Positions 38,034-50,882 of a DNA stretch of 64,000 nt are shown piece by piece (within the stretch, counting starts at the first letter, position 1; each line of letters opens with the position of its first letter). The position numbers were made by a program, and so were the translations under genes. The stretch comes from Squalus acanthias (taxonomy: Eukaryota): positions 20,710,001 through 20,774,000 of the forward strand of contig CM059433.1 in assembly GCA_030390025.1 (NCBI GenBank), in the 5' to 3' direction. The notes below the pieces were generated by a model. That model searched no databases. It was not told where the DNA came from and saw only the letters and a list, made by a program, of their open reading frames with translations.

Positions 38034-39097
38034 GTGCACCAGAGGCGATACCCCCAACACAGGGTATACAGGCAGAGGATGAGCTTCCTCAACATGACTG
38101 AGCAGCAGTGCTTCAGGAGGCTCAGGCTATCGCGCCAGGTCGTTACAGACATTTGTACCTTGCTGGAACAAGACCTGCTGCCCAGAGGACCTGGTGGACT
38201 TGCCTTACCAATGGCTGTCAAAGTCACCACTGTCCTCAACTTCTTCACCTCAGGCTCCTTCCAGGGATCTGCAACAGACATTTGCAGGATCTCACAGTCG
38301 GCCACCCACAGCTGCATCACCCAGGTGACAGATGCCATGTTTGACAAGTCAGCCAATTATGTAAACTTTGCCATTGATGAAGTCAGTATTACTGAGCGGA
38401 TGCTCAGCTTTGCGGCTCTGGCTGGCTTCCCACAGGTGCAGGGCATCATCGATTGCACACATGTGGCCATCAAGGCACCCCCACATCACCCAGGAGTGTT
38501 TGTGAACCGCAAGGGCTTCCAGTCCCTCAATGTGCAGCTCATCTGCAACCATAAAAAGATCATCATGCATGTGTGCGCCAGATTCTCTGGTAGCTGTCAT
38601 GACTCTTTCGTGTTGCAGCAGTCCACCCTCCCTTAGCTCTTCGCACCTCCAAACAGACTTACCAGTTGGCTGCTTGGAGACAAGGGCTATCCACTGAAGA
38701 TGTGGCTCATGACACCCTTGAGGAGGCCAAGTACTAAGGCCCAGGAGCATTATAATGAGAGCCACATGTCCACTAGATGTGTCATAGAGCAAGCAATAGG
38801 CATGCTGAAGATGCGCTTCAGATGCCTTGACAGATCTGGAGGAGCCCTTCAGTACGCACCAGCCAGGGTCTCCAGAAGCATCGTCATTTGCTGTGCGCTG
38901 TACAACACAGTGCAGCAAGCAGGATTGGCATAAGGTGCAGAGCGCACAGCCTCTTCAGAGGAGGAGGAGGAACTTGAGGTGGAGATGAGGAACAGGTGGA
39001 AGATGAGGAGGAACTTGAGGTGGAGATAGCACCAGCAGCGGCGTATATTGCTGCCTGGAAGACCCAGGATGGCCTCATAATGGCCAGATTTACTTAA
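38034..39097 (+). pseudogene. HARBI1-like Harbinger DDE transposase with in-frame stops
   Basis: [68 protein letters not shown] at 38634-38636, TAA at 38931-38933, acidic tail. Confidence 0.9.
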
Positions 39098-39410
39098 CTT
39101 GCTCCACTGCACCCATATGGCTGGCATATGCACCCCCCCCCAAAAAAAAAAAACCCAACACCATAAAGCAGCCCTGCAATGAACAAGCCGTTCTGCTCAC
39201 CCAAGCCCCCATTGCTCGAGGTTAAGTACTGTCTCACCATTCATTCCAGGTGACAAGACCCTTTCCCAGGTTGCAGACAAAAATGGACAAGACCGGAAAG
39301 TGGTGCAAAGAAATAAATTTGTCTGTGTCATAAATATAACTGAAACTTATCACTAACATTTGTTCATACACCCATGTGCATACCCTTGTGCATCTACTTT
39401 TGTGTGTTAT

Positions 39411-41240
39411 TTATTTTCTGAGTGCTTCTACCAGGTGCAACCCCTGTGGCTTCAGCAGAGGTAGAGGCAGGCTGCTCACTTCCCTGCTGCAACTGCTTAG
39501 ACATTTTTGGTGGACGTCCTCTGGGATTTGGAGCCTATGAGGGCCCAGCCAAAGACTGCTCCTCCTGCAACTGTGCAGGGGCAGACTCGGCCATTGGGAT
39601 CCGAGGAAGCATGTGGAGCTCTCACTGAGGGGGAGACAATGGGGGAGAAGTGTGAGCGCTTTGAGAAGAGCCCCCACTTCCATGTCCCCTCTCACCATCA
39701 TCCCTCTCATGGACCACCCGCACTTCCCTACTAGCAAGGAGCTGGAGACCTGTGCTGCACATCAGTGGGGTGATGAACGCCCAAGTCTTCTTTATATCCC
39801 TCCTCGAGATGAGGTCTATGAGCATCTGCCATCTGTTGTCCACAGCAAGCATGTTTTTGTGTAACTGGCGCATTAGCTGCTCCGTGCAGGTGGCCATCCT
39901 TTCCATGGAACAGCACATTGTCGACATCGCCTGCGAGATGGTGGTGCTCATTTTGGAGATGGACTTCTCCATTCTCTGCACATTTCCAGACATCGCGGCT
40001 GCAAAAGCTGCCGGAGCCTCATGCAATTGTTGCTGCCCCTCCAAGATCACCCTCTTTCTCGATGGCTCCCGAGTTTCAGCATCTGCATGCAGATCAGCAG
40101 AGCTTGGAGCGTCCTGCGTCCTCCGGCGAGGAGTCTCCACTGCTCTCCCTGTAAACACCATCAGCTCCTGCACACTTGTGATGTGAGAGACACCAGGTGA
40201 CAACACTACTCTATCTCGCACAGGACCCACCGAGGTGTGCATATCTGTGCTGGTGCTGGCTGCGCTTGGGTCTGCTGACGGTGCATCCTCAGAGGCTGGA
40301 GCTTCCTCTGAGGAGTTGTCTTCCTCCTCCGGCTGGACAGTGGGAGGGGGGTGGGGGGGGCACTTGATAGTCCTGTGGGAGAGTAAAGAGATGAATTAGA
40401 AGTGTTATAATAAGAATGGGTAACGTTACCATTATGCACATGATGACATTTCACTGGCTACTGACATCAGTCACCATATGAGTGACTGCTGTATGCCATG
40501 TGGCTGTATGAGATGTAATTCTGTCACCAGGTTGCTGGGCTGTCCCCCTCTCTCTGTCTCCCACCACCAGCAGCTCTGCAACTCCAGAGATCTCCAGGGC
40601 CTCCTCTGCTGGAGTGAATTGAATGAAGACTGGAGGGCCACCTCTGGTTCTCTGCTTCTCCCTATTCTTGTGGGCTCTCTTCTCCTGCAAGGAGGCAAAG
40701 AAGAGAACTTTGAGTGAGAGTGATGGAATGAGTGTAAGGAATGGATGGGCTACATTTGTAGAGGGTGACTATGAGGGAGTGGCGTGACATTGCCAATGAC
40801 CTCCTTCTGTGGTGTTACTTGCTATGATTGCATTAAGATGAGGCTGAATGTCAGTGGTGGTTAGTCAGATGGGGATGTGAGTATGTACATAGACAGAGAG
40901 GGATGGGTAGACCTGCAAGGTAGATTGGTGTGAGGAATGTTGTGCAGGAGTAGGCTTGGGAAGGCAGAGTGATGGAGTTGTGGTGACAGGCATTGTAGGT
41001 GAGTGTGGCATTGCACACACCTTTCCTGACCTCATGAGATCATTGAATCCTTTTCTACACTGGATCCATGTCCTCCTGACCACATCCCTGCTGCTGACCT
41101 CCTCTGCGATCTCCAACCATGCCCTTTTTGTGTCTTTGGGTGGTCTTTTGCATCTTTTAACTTTTAACCGCTACTCAGACCTCTGGATACCAACTTATCC
41201 ACTCCTACATCAACCTTCAAATGGGATGTGTGCGAGGCTG
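39411..41240 (-). pseudogene. Harbinger Myb/SANT-like DNA-binding partner gene, spliced and decayed
   Basis: EIAEEVSSRDVVRRTWIQCRKGFNDLMRSGK|gt (donor at 41019-41020); ttgcag|EKRAHKNREKQRTRGGPP (exon resumes at 40684); coiled-coil-like third exon (ORF 39622-40242). Confidence 0.78.
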
Positions 41241-41609
41241 CTTTAAATATCTGCGCTGGAAACAAGTCCTCGATGACGTCATCTGACTGTTCCATTTAAT
41301 TGGGCTGGGAAATGCGCATGACTGGCTTAATTGGGGTCATTAAGTAAAAGTCGCACTGCAGAACCGGGTGTTCACATCTTCGGGTTCCGACCCGCTACGC
41401 AGCCCACACACACACAACCCAACTCCAAGGTAAAGTTTTTGGCCCCAGATTCAAAACTACATTCCTATCTTCTAAATTCGAGCCTTGCTGAACTGCAAGA
41501 AATAATGGCTCGGATTTTACAGTCAGCAGGCAAAATCTGGGCCACTAATTGTATTCACCTCCCTGTACAATTTATAGATAACAGTCCGTTCACTTGTTAA
41601 ATGAATAAT

Positions 41610-42361
41610 GGCCTGGATTTTGCAGTCAGCAGCGAAGGAACAGCACTCGCCGTTCATCACGCTGACAGCTGCCCACAGACGTTTCGTGGGCTTTTGAGCG
41701 GCAACCTATGGTTCCAAGAGATCATTTCCAGTGTGGCACTCTCTACAGGGGATCTGTGGCGTGTGAGAACAGGGCAAGCAATAGCGTGTCACTTCAACCA
41801 ATCATATTGTAGAATCCTCACGGAGACATGCAGAGTCTAAACAGGAAGTTAAACCAAGAAGTATAAATTAGTTTTAAATCATTGTAAAACCATGTACAGA
41901 CAGTGAAATAAAGAGAGAGAATAAGGGTGGGATAAAGAGCAAGGGATACAAGAGACAAAAAGAAAAAGTTAAAAAAGAAAATTTATTTACTTTTTTTGAA
42001 ATCTCCAACAATAATTACATTCTGAAGGAATGAGACTCCACACTTGTAAAATTAAATTTTCAGGGCCAGACAGGTTATTTAACAGTAATTATGAATGATC
42101 ATGCTATTATAAATTCACTTATACCTGAATGCACCAGCCCTAACTTTTTCTGGCATGTTTATTGGGCAACTAGTGGGTAATTACAGAAACTTCATGCCCT
42201 TACATTGATTTGAATGCCGAGCCTATCTCAGGGTAACTTGGACAGCAACTTCTAGATTTCCGCATTAAACTGCGCATATGCAGACTGTAGAAGTTGCTGT
42301 CTGATTTACTCCATAATATAGTTGTTAGCCTCATCGTTATTCTCCATGTAAAATCTGGATC
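41610..42361. mobile_element. Harbinger-type MITE with purine-rich core, decayed
   Basis: Termini ggcctggattttgc / gtaaaatctggatc; internal gaaataaagagag...gagactcc layout shared with 43984-44723. Confidence 0.6.
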
Positions 42362-43983
42362 ATTGAATTTCCTTAATGCATTCCTTATATTTGTCTCTTT
42401 TTTTAATGAAAAGGCATTGCTGACATTATATTTATTCATATATAAACCATGATTAGTTATAGATTAAACAGAATTTTCTATTATCCTGGATAAAGGTACA
42501 AGGTCCTTTCGCAAAGCTGAGATAATATAAGTCAAATGACACTTAACAAGTCAGCTGTTATGGAGGAACAGAAATAAAAAGGAAGACAAGGTCAACCCAA
42601 TCATCTAACTGGTGACAAAAGTTTGCCCATAAATGTTATGCTGAATCAGGGTTTCTAAAAAATTGAGATATAAATTGCCAATTACAAATCTTTGGACCAT
42701 GTGATTATTCATTCTGCAATTAAATCCAAACAAGACAAACTGTTTAACAATATTTGCTTTATACAAAAGTGATTATGTATCTCAAATATTTTGCGTCTTC
42801 AGCTGAGATTTAATGGTGGATTTATTGTATTTAGTTGGCTGTGCATTAAAACTGCTTGGAGCATGATTTTATATTTAAATAGATCAAGAATTGTACATAG
42901 TGTGTGAATGCTACATTGGAATGCTGTGATTGCATCAGGATATCCATTTGGGTGGAGCTGGCTGCACCTACAGGGAAAGATAAAATATACAGAGTTGTTA
43001 CTCATTAATTCATCAGAAATGGAATATGTCTGAATCCCTGACACATACAGGATAAATGTTCTTACCACCACCAAGAATGTTTGGGTTTCAAAGATAACGC
43101 CCATAGAAGTGTTGTAACCCATATTACATTACATCCTATGTTACAACGGTGACTACACTTCAAAAGTATTTCATTGGCTGTAAAGCACTTTGGGACGTTC
43201 TGAGGTTGTGAAATGCGCTATATAAATGCAAATCTTTCTTTTAATGGGTCAGTGTTTTAATGATAGAACCTAATCCAGAAGTATCAGTGAGCAGCTATGA
43301 AGCACATTGTATATGCATAGCACAAAATGTGGCTAGTTGGCATGCACTAAATGTGAAACACCTGTCGTCATCTTATTTTGAGAATAATGGCATATTTAGC
43401 ACAGATTACTTATCGATGGGTTTAGATCATGTCATAAGCTGAGAAAGTCAACCATCAGGAGATTGTAACCATCATTAGGATTAGTGTCTCGTAATTATTC
43501 CCATGTATTTTGGAGTTGGTGGGGTAAGTTTATTTTGTTTCCCCTACGATCTGTTTCTTGATGGTGGTCATCTAGGTGTATATTGACAACCTGGATTGTC
43601 CACGAAAATTTTGTCAATGCCGGACTGAAAGAGTGTTGTAATCATTTTAGATGATTGGAATTTAATCTGCAGTTCACTACCGGGATTTACTACAGGTGGT
43701 TTATATTAGAAATTCATTATTCCAGCTTCATTAGCATCAGCCCTTATAAGTTTTGGTCCCTGCATTTTAGTTTGGTATCTTGAGGACTAATGATCTTGTA
43801 TTTGGAGTAGTCGAGGCCAGAAGTTGTCATCAGTGCTCAGGGCTATAATTGAGTTACATTTCATTCAAACTTTTCATTTGCTTGAATACTTTAATTGCTG
43901 TTTCCCATTTGAAATTGAAAAGAGTCTTCCTGTCTGCTTGAATACCTTAGTCTTCATTCCTTTAGAGGTTTTATTAACATTTT

Positions 43984-44723
43984 GGCCCAGAATTTTCAGG
44001 AGTGCAGCGTGCCCTGTTTATTCGATTTCCTTTTTCAACCTTCAGCTCAAAAAATCTTTGCTCTGCAACTTGCTGGAAATGTGAGTTGATAACGACGCGG
44101 CGAGGACAACAGGGACCTTGGTGACTGATGGGACCAACAGTCTATCTCCTTAACCAATGAGATTTGTGGATTGAGATAGAAACGGAGGAACGACAGAGAA
44201 GCAAATAGGGTGAATTAGAGTCAAATCTGCTACAGAAAGAGAAATAAAGAGAGGGAAAGAAAGATTGGATTAAGAGAGATAGAAAAAGAGTCAGAAAGGA
44301 AAAGTAAGAAAAAAAAATCTAAATTTAAAATTTAAAAAAAATCTCTAAGAGCAATTTACTACTTGCAGCAGTGAGACTCCCCAGTTTCCATTCTTCCCTT
44401 TCTGGGCATGACAGGTTGAGTGGCATTCTAGGAAAATAAATCTTGCAAGGAAAAGGTTACTTACGCTGTTAAGTACCAGCCTTAACTTTCTGCGGCGAGT
44501 TTAATTGGTAATTAATGCGCAAATGCAGCAATTTCAGGAAATGGCGAGATCCCATTTTCTTGAGGCTAATGGTGAAGCGCCGCAAATCGTCCAGCAATTT
44601 GTGGCGGTTTGTAACTTACACGATATCTCTTTTTCACGACAGATTGCTAGACAACTCACACAATCATAACGGGGGGACTGTGCGCATTAAACGTGCCGAT
44701 ATTTTGCCAACAAATTCTGACCC
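43984..44723. mobile_element. Harbinger-type MITE with purine-rich core
   Basis: TIR ggcccagaattt vs gggtcagaattt; homologous to 41610-42361. Confidence 0.65.
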
Positions 44724-45005
44724 ATTATTCTTTTTCGCTTTGTATTATTTTGCCTGTTCTTGCAACACTCTTTTCATGTCATAGTAATTTTAAATTGATT
44801 TCCATTCCCATTAATAACCACAGCACTATAATGGAGAAGTTACTTATAGACTGACAGGAGCTTCATTGTGTAACACAGAGTAGCTCAGCTGATTATCAAG
44901 ACAATTTCTCAACAAGAAGTTCGTGAAGACCTTACTTAATGGCTGTAAAGTAGCTCGACACCATCCAGGACAAAGCAGCCCGCTTATAGAATCATAGAAT
45001 CATAT

Positions 45006-48000
45006 GCCGCGATTTCGCCAGTGGAGGCGGGATTGCGGCGGGAGAGATGGTTGGCGGGTTCCGGTCCCGCTCCCGGCTGCAGCCGCTCTGTGAAAAGGAT
45101 TTTACGTGCATTGGGCTTGTTAAGCCCGCCCTACGCATTTCCTGGCCAATTAAAAGGAAGCGGGTCTGATGACGTCATTTGATGAGGCGCCATCAGCCGG
45201 TTTCCTTAAAGGGACCACGGCCACATTGATTTTGACAGTTGTGCTGTCAGTGTTCTACAGCATTGAGGAGCTGCAAACACTGACAAACACTGCACAAAGG
45301 TACACGTCTGCACCCAGGCTCTCGCATGACTCCCTCCATATGCTTATGGAGGTAGTCACAGCACGCAGGGAGGTTCTCTTCCCTTCCCATGGGAGGAAGA
45401 GACCTCCCCAGGACACCAACACAGCCTGGTTGCACATTGCACAGGAGGGCAAAATCAGGGACATCATCAGGAGGACCTGGCTGCAGTGGTGCAAACCTTT
45501 CAATGATCTCAGTAGATCACGAAACGTTACTGCCAAGCCACACTCAACCTCATCCTGCTGTGCTACTCATCACATCCCCATCACTCTGCTTTCCCGACCC
45601 TACTCCTGCACATCCTTACTCACACCAACTACCTTGCACCTCCACCCATCCCTCTCTATCTACATTATCACTTCCCCATCTCACTAGCCACCTCTCACAC
45701 TCACCCTCATCCTACTGCAAGCATATGAACTAACAACACACAAGGGTAGGCATTTTTGTGTTTTAGCCAATGTTCATGTGACATTTCTGTTAATGTGTTG
45801 TCAAACATTGAAATCTATATTTTCAACACTTTACCTTATTGGACAGATCTGTGCTTACCTTTAGAAGTGACTTACTGAGTTCCAGTGAATGTTGAGACAT
45901 AACTCCCCGCCCCCACCCCCCCCCCCCACCCCCCTTGCCCCCACCACCCCAATTGTGATGAGTGTGAAAGGAATGGCTTGGACATTATAGGGATGCTTTA
46001 TGGTGCTGGTGTGGGGTGGTGTCAACCTGGCGCATCATGTGGCAGCCAGGGTGTACAGCGTCAAGTGAAGTCAATCTGGCCATGGTGATGCCATCGCTGA
46101 CTTCCCGGGCAGCAATGTTGTCGGGTGCTGATGCCCTGTGTCCTGTGCAGCATCAGGTGATTGCGCAGAAGGTAGGTGTTGTTGTTGGTGATATTGGTGT
46201 GCCTGGTGATGTTGGTGTTGGGGCTGATTGTGGAGGGATTCAGAGGACCAAGGTGAGATTTTTTCAAGGGCACCAATGTTGCTGGAATAGATGGCAGCTG
46301 AAGTTGAGATGACATAAGAACATAAGAACATAAGAAATAGGAGCAGGAGTAGGCCAATTGGCCCCTCGAGCCTGCTCCGCCATTCAATAAGATCATGGCT
46401 GATCTGATCCTAACCGCCAATCTTCTATCACAGAACCATCTCCTGAACCTAACAGAATTGGACACACGAAATAGGAGCAGGATCAGGCTACACGGCCCCT
46501 GGGCCCGCTACGCTACCCACAGGGCCATGACCGATCCGAACCTAGACTCATGTCCAAATTCCTGCCCGCTTCCCGTAACCCTTAATTCCCTTTACTTCTA
46601 GGAAACTGTCTATTTCTGTTTTAAATTTATGTAATGATGTAGCTTCTATAGCTTTTTGGGGCAGCATATTCCATGGACCTACCACCCTCTGAGTGAAGTA
46701 GTTCCTTCTCATCTCAGTTTTGAAAGAGCAGCCCCTTATTCTAAGACTATGCCCCCTAGTTCTAGTTTCACCCATCATCGGAAACATCCTCCCCGCATCC
46801 ACCCGATCCAACCCCTTCACAATCTTATATGTTTCAATAAGATCGCCTCTCATTCTTCTGAACTCCAATGAGTAGAGTCCCAATCTACCCAACCTCTCCT
46901 CATATGTCCATCCCCTCATCCCCGGGATTAACCGAGTGAACCTTCTTTGTACTGACTCGAGAGCAAGTATGTCTTTTCTTAAGTATGGACACCAAAACTG
47001 TATGCAGTATTCCAGGTGCGGTCTCACCAATACCTTGTACAACTGAAGCAATACCTCCCTATTTTATATTCTATCCCCCTAGCAATGAAAGCCAACATTC
47101 CATTGGCCTTCTTAATCACTTGCTGCACCTGCATACGAACCTTTTGAGTTTCGTGCACCAGGACCCCCAGATCCCTTTGTACTTCAGTACTTTCCAGTTT
47201 CTTGCCATTAAGATAATAACTTGCTCTACTATTTTTCCTGCCAAAGTGCATAACCTCACACTTTCCAGTATTGTATTCCATCTGCCAAATCTCTGCCCAC
47301 TTACTTAGCCTGTCTATGTCCCCTTGCAGGTTTTTTATGTCCTCCTCACTCACTACTTTCCCTCCCATCTTAGTATCATCTGCAAACTTTGATATGTTAC
47401 ACTCGGTCCCCTCCTCCAAATCGTTAATATAGATTGTAAGGAGTTGGGGACCCAGCACTGACCCCTGCGGAACACCACTAGTTACTGATTGCCAGTCTGA
47501 GAATGAACCATTTATCCCAACTCTCTGCCTTCTGTTAGATAGCCAATCCTCTATCCATGCCGTGATTTTTTATCTTAAGCAATAATCTTTTGTGTGGCAC
47601 CTTGTCAAATGCCTTTTAGAAGTCTAAATACACCACATCCACTGGTTCCCCTTTATCCACCCTGTATGTTACTTCCTCAAAGAACTCCAGCAAATTTGTC
47701 AAACATGACTTCCCCTTCATAAAACCATGCTGACTTTGTCCTATTAAATTATGATTATCTAAATGTCCCGTTACTGTCTCCTTAATAATGGACTCCAAAA
47801 TTTTACCTACCACAGATGTTAGGCTAACCGGTCTATAGTTTCCAGCCTTCTGTCTGCTGCCCTTTTTAAATAAGGGTGTTACATTAGCAGTTTTCCAGTC
47901 TACCGGGATCTTTGCTGAGTCCAGGGAGTTTTGGAAAATTATTACCAATGCATCCACAATCCCTACCGTCACTTCCCTCAAGACCCTAGGATGTAAGCCA

Positions 48001-50397
48001 TCAGGTCCAGGTGATTTATCCGCCTTGAGTCCCATTATTTTACCGAGTACCACTTCCTTAGTGATTTTGATCGTGTTTAGCTCCTCCCCCCTCTATAGCC
48101 CCCTGTTTGTCCAGTGTTGGGATATTCTTAGTGTCCTCTACTGTAAAGACTGATACAAAATATTCATTCAGTGTATTTGCCATCTCCATATTTCCCACCA
48201 TTAATTTCCCGGTCTCATCCTCTAAGGGACCAACGTTTACTTTAGCCACCCTTTTTCTTTTTATATAACTATAAAAACTCTTACTATATGTTTTTATATT
48301 TTTTGCTAATTTACTTTCATAATCTATCTTCCCTTTCTTAATCAATCTTTTTGTTATTTTTTGCTGTCTTTTAAAGTTTTCCCAATCCTCTATCCTCCCA
48401 CTAGATTTGGCTACCTTATAAGCCCTTGTTTTTAGTCGAATACTATCCTTAATTTCTTTACTTAGCCACGGATGACTGTCTTTTCTTTTACACCCTTTTC
48501 TTCTCAGGGGAATATATATTTTTTGGAAGTTGTAAAATAACTCCTTAAATGTACACCACTGATCATGTATCGTCTTACCCTTTAATCTATTTTCCCAATC
48601 CACTCTACTCAATTCTGCTCGCATACCTTCATAGTCTCCTTTATTCAAGCTTAGCACGCTTGTTTGAGATCCAACCTTCTCACCCTCTAATTGAATATGG
48701 AATTCAACCATGTTATGGTCTCTCATTCCAAGGGGATCCTTTACTAGGACATTTTTAATTAATCCTGTCTCGTTACACAGGACCAGATCTAAGGTTGCTT
48801 GCCCCCTGGTCGGTTCAGTTACATACTGCTCAAGAAACCCATCCCTAATACACTCAATGAACTCATCCTCAAGGCAGCCCTGCCCAATTTGATTTGTCCA
48901 ATTAATATGATAGTTAAAATCCCCCATAATTATAGATGTTCCCTTATTACAAGCCTCAACTATTTCCTGATTGATACTCCGTCCAACAGAGTTGCAACTG
49001 TTCGGAAGCCTATAGACTATGCCCACTAGTGTTTTTTTCCCCTTATTATTCCTTATCTCCACCCAAACTGTTTCATTATCCTGATCTTTTGACCCAATAT
49101 CATTTCTCTGTATTACAGTGATTCCTTCCTTTATTAACATAGCCACCCCACCTCCCCTTCCTTCCTGCCTGTCCTTCCTAATCGTTAAATAACCTGGTAT
49201 GTTTAATTCCCAGGCATTGTCACCCTGCAGCCATGTTTCTGTAATGGCCACAAGATCATACCCATATGTAGTTATTTGTGCCATTAACTCGTCTATGTTG
49301 TTACAAATGCTACGTGCATTCAGATAGAGAACTTTCAAATATGTTTTGTGACACTTAGTTCCTGCTTTTGCCCTTTTTATTACTTTACCTTTTACTCCAT
49401 ACCTTCTGCCCCTTCCTGACATACTCTGGTTTTTTATTTCCCCACTGCTACCTAAGTCTATGACCTTCTCTGTTGTCATTTTTATTATTTGCTCTCTAGG
49501 AACCTCCCCCCCACTAGTTAGTTTAAAGCCCTCTCTACAGCCCTAGTTATATGATCCGCCAGGATTCTAGTCCCAGCACTGGCCAAGTGAAGCCCGTCCC
49601 AACGGAATAGCTCCCTCCTGCCCCAGTACTGGTGCCAGTGTCCCAGGAAGCAAAACCCATTTCTCCCACACCAGTCTTTGAGCCACTCATTTAACTCTCT
49701 AATTTTATTTGTCCTAGCCAGATTCGCTCGTGGCTCAGGTAATAATCCAGAGATTATTACCCTTGAGGTTCTGTTTTTTAATTTGACCCCTAGCTGCTCA
49801 TACTCCTTTAACAGAACCAGATTCCTTGTCCTATCTACGTTGTTTGTACCAACATGGACCACGACAACTGGATCCACCCCCTCCCACTGCAAGTTTCTTT
49901 CGATCTGTCAATGGTGGGAGAGCTTGCTCCAAGGAGGTGACAGTGGATAGAGAGTTTACTCCAAACACTTCCAAACTGCATACAGCTCAAAAGTGTCTTC
50001 CAAGTCCTGAAGGCTCAAGCTTCTGACATAGGAAAGTGACCAGCTGTGAACTGGTGGCTGTCATACCACTTTTGCAGCTGTCACCTATTCACAGTAATGG
50101 GGGGAGATAGAGAACCCGACATACTTACCTAACGTGATCTCCGAATGATGGGAACCCCGTTAAAAATGTGGTAAATTAGAAATAGGCTGCCAAAATCGTA
50201 GTTAACAAGCATTTAACTATTTTAAATGCCTCCCCCGCTGCTTGGTGTTGGGACTGTTCTGAAATCGCAGACCCGACACTTTGGAAACTTACATGGAGGT
50301 GGGTTTAGAGTGGGTTACCAACCCGCTGTCAATCATTTTGATTTTGACAACGGACCCGCCTCCAAACCCGCACTCTGAGCGCTGGCAAAGTCGCGGC
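45006..50397 (+). mobile_element. Non-autonomous Harbinger with a Myb/SANT exon, inserted in a CR1 tail and itself hosting a CR1
   Basis: TIR gccgcgatttcgccag (45006-45021) vs gccgcgactttgccag (reverse complement of 50382-50397), 14/16. APRLSHDSLHMLMEVVTARREVLFP...AWLHIAQE..RRTWLQWCKPFNDL at about 45310-45520. Confidence 0.82.
46312..49900 (-). mobile_element. CR1 LINE: 3' end of ORF1 (SGNH esterase), all of ORF2 (APE + RT) and 3' UTR; frameshifted
   Basis: ORF1: VVVHVGTNN..SGLLP..DGLHL (49518-49892). ORF2: YLNARSI, ITETWL, MGDFN, LDLVL, DHNMV, KSPGPDG, NYRPVSL, QHGF, FADD, VRPHLEY. Breaks near 48055 and 47560; (cataagaa)n tail. Confidence 0.92.
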
Positions 50398-50398
50398 C

Positions 50399-50882
50399 TT
50401 GGAATGGTTACAGCACAGAAGGAGGCCATTCGGCCCGTTGAGCCCGTGCCAGCTCTCTGCAAGAGCGCTTCAGCTAATCCCACTCACCTGCCCTTTCCCC
50501 GTAACCTTGCAAATTTTTTTCCTTCAGGTGCATAACCAATTCCCTTTTGAAAGCCACAATTAAGTCTGCCTCCACCACCATTTCAGGCAGTGCATTCCAG
50601 ATCCTTACCACTCGCTGCGTAAAAAAGTTTTTCCTCATGTCGCCTTTGGTTCTTTTGCCAATCACCTTAAGTCTGTGTCCTCTGGTTCTTGACCCTTCCG
50701 CCAATGGGAACAGTTTCTCTCTATCGACTCTGTCAAGATCCATCATGATTTTGAACACCTCTATCAAATCTCCCCTCAACCTTCGCATCCAAGGAAAACA
50801 ATCCCAGCTATTCCAGTCTATCCACGTAACTGAAGTCCCTCATCCCTGGAATCATTCTCGTAAATCTTTTCTGCACCCTCTT
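50399..50882 (-). mobile_element. CR1 3' fragment whose (catagaat)n tail was displaced to 44987-45004 by the Harbinger
   Basis: RRLRGDLIEVFKIMMDLDRVDREKLFPLAEGSRTRGH; tagaatcatagaatcata | ggaatggttacagcacagaaggaggcc rejoin across the Harbinger. Confidence 0.82.

Larger units (their letters stand above)
37362..41445. mobile_element. Full-length-layout PIF/Harbinger transposon (convergent transposase and Myb/SANT genes), inactivated
   Basis: Transposase on + and Myb-like gene on -, tail to tail. GC-rich subtermini; degenerate TIRs agaccggaatttt / agtttttggccc. Confidence 0.85.

Noticed and set aside
38034..38933. Domesticated host gene HARBI1
   Set aside because: In-frame stops, a convergent Myb partner and transposon-like subtermini indicate a decayed Harbinger copy.
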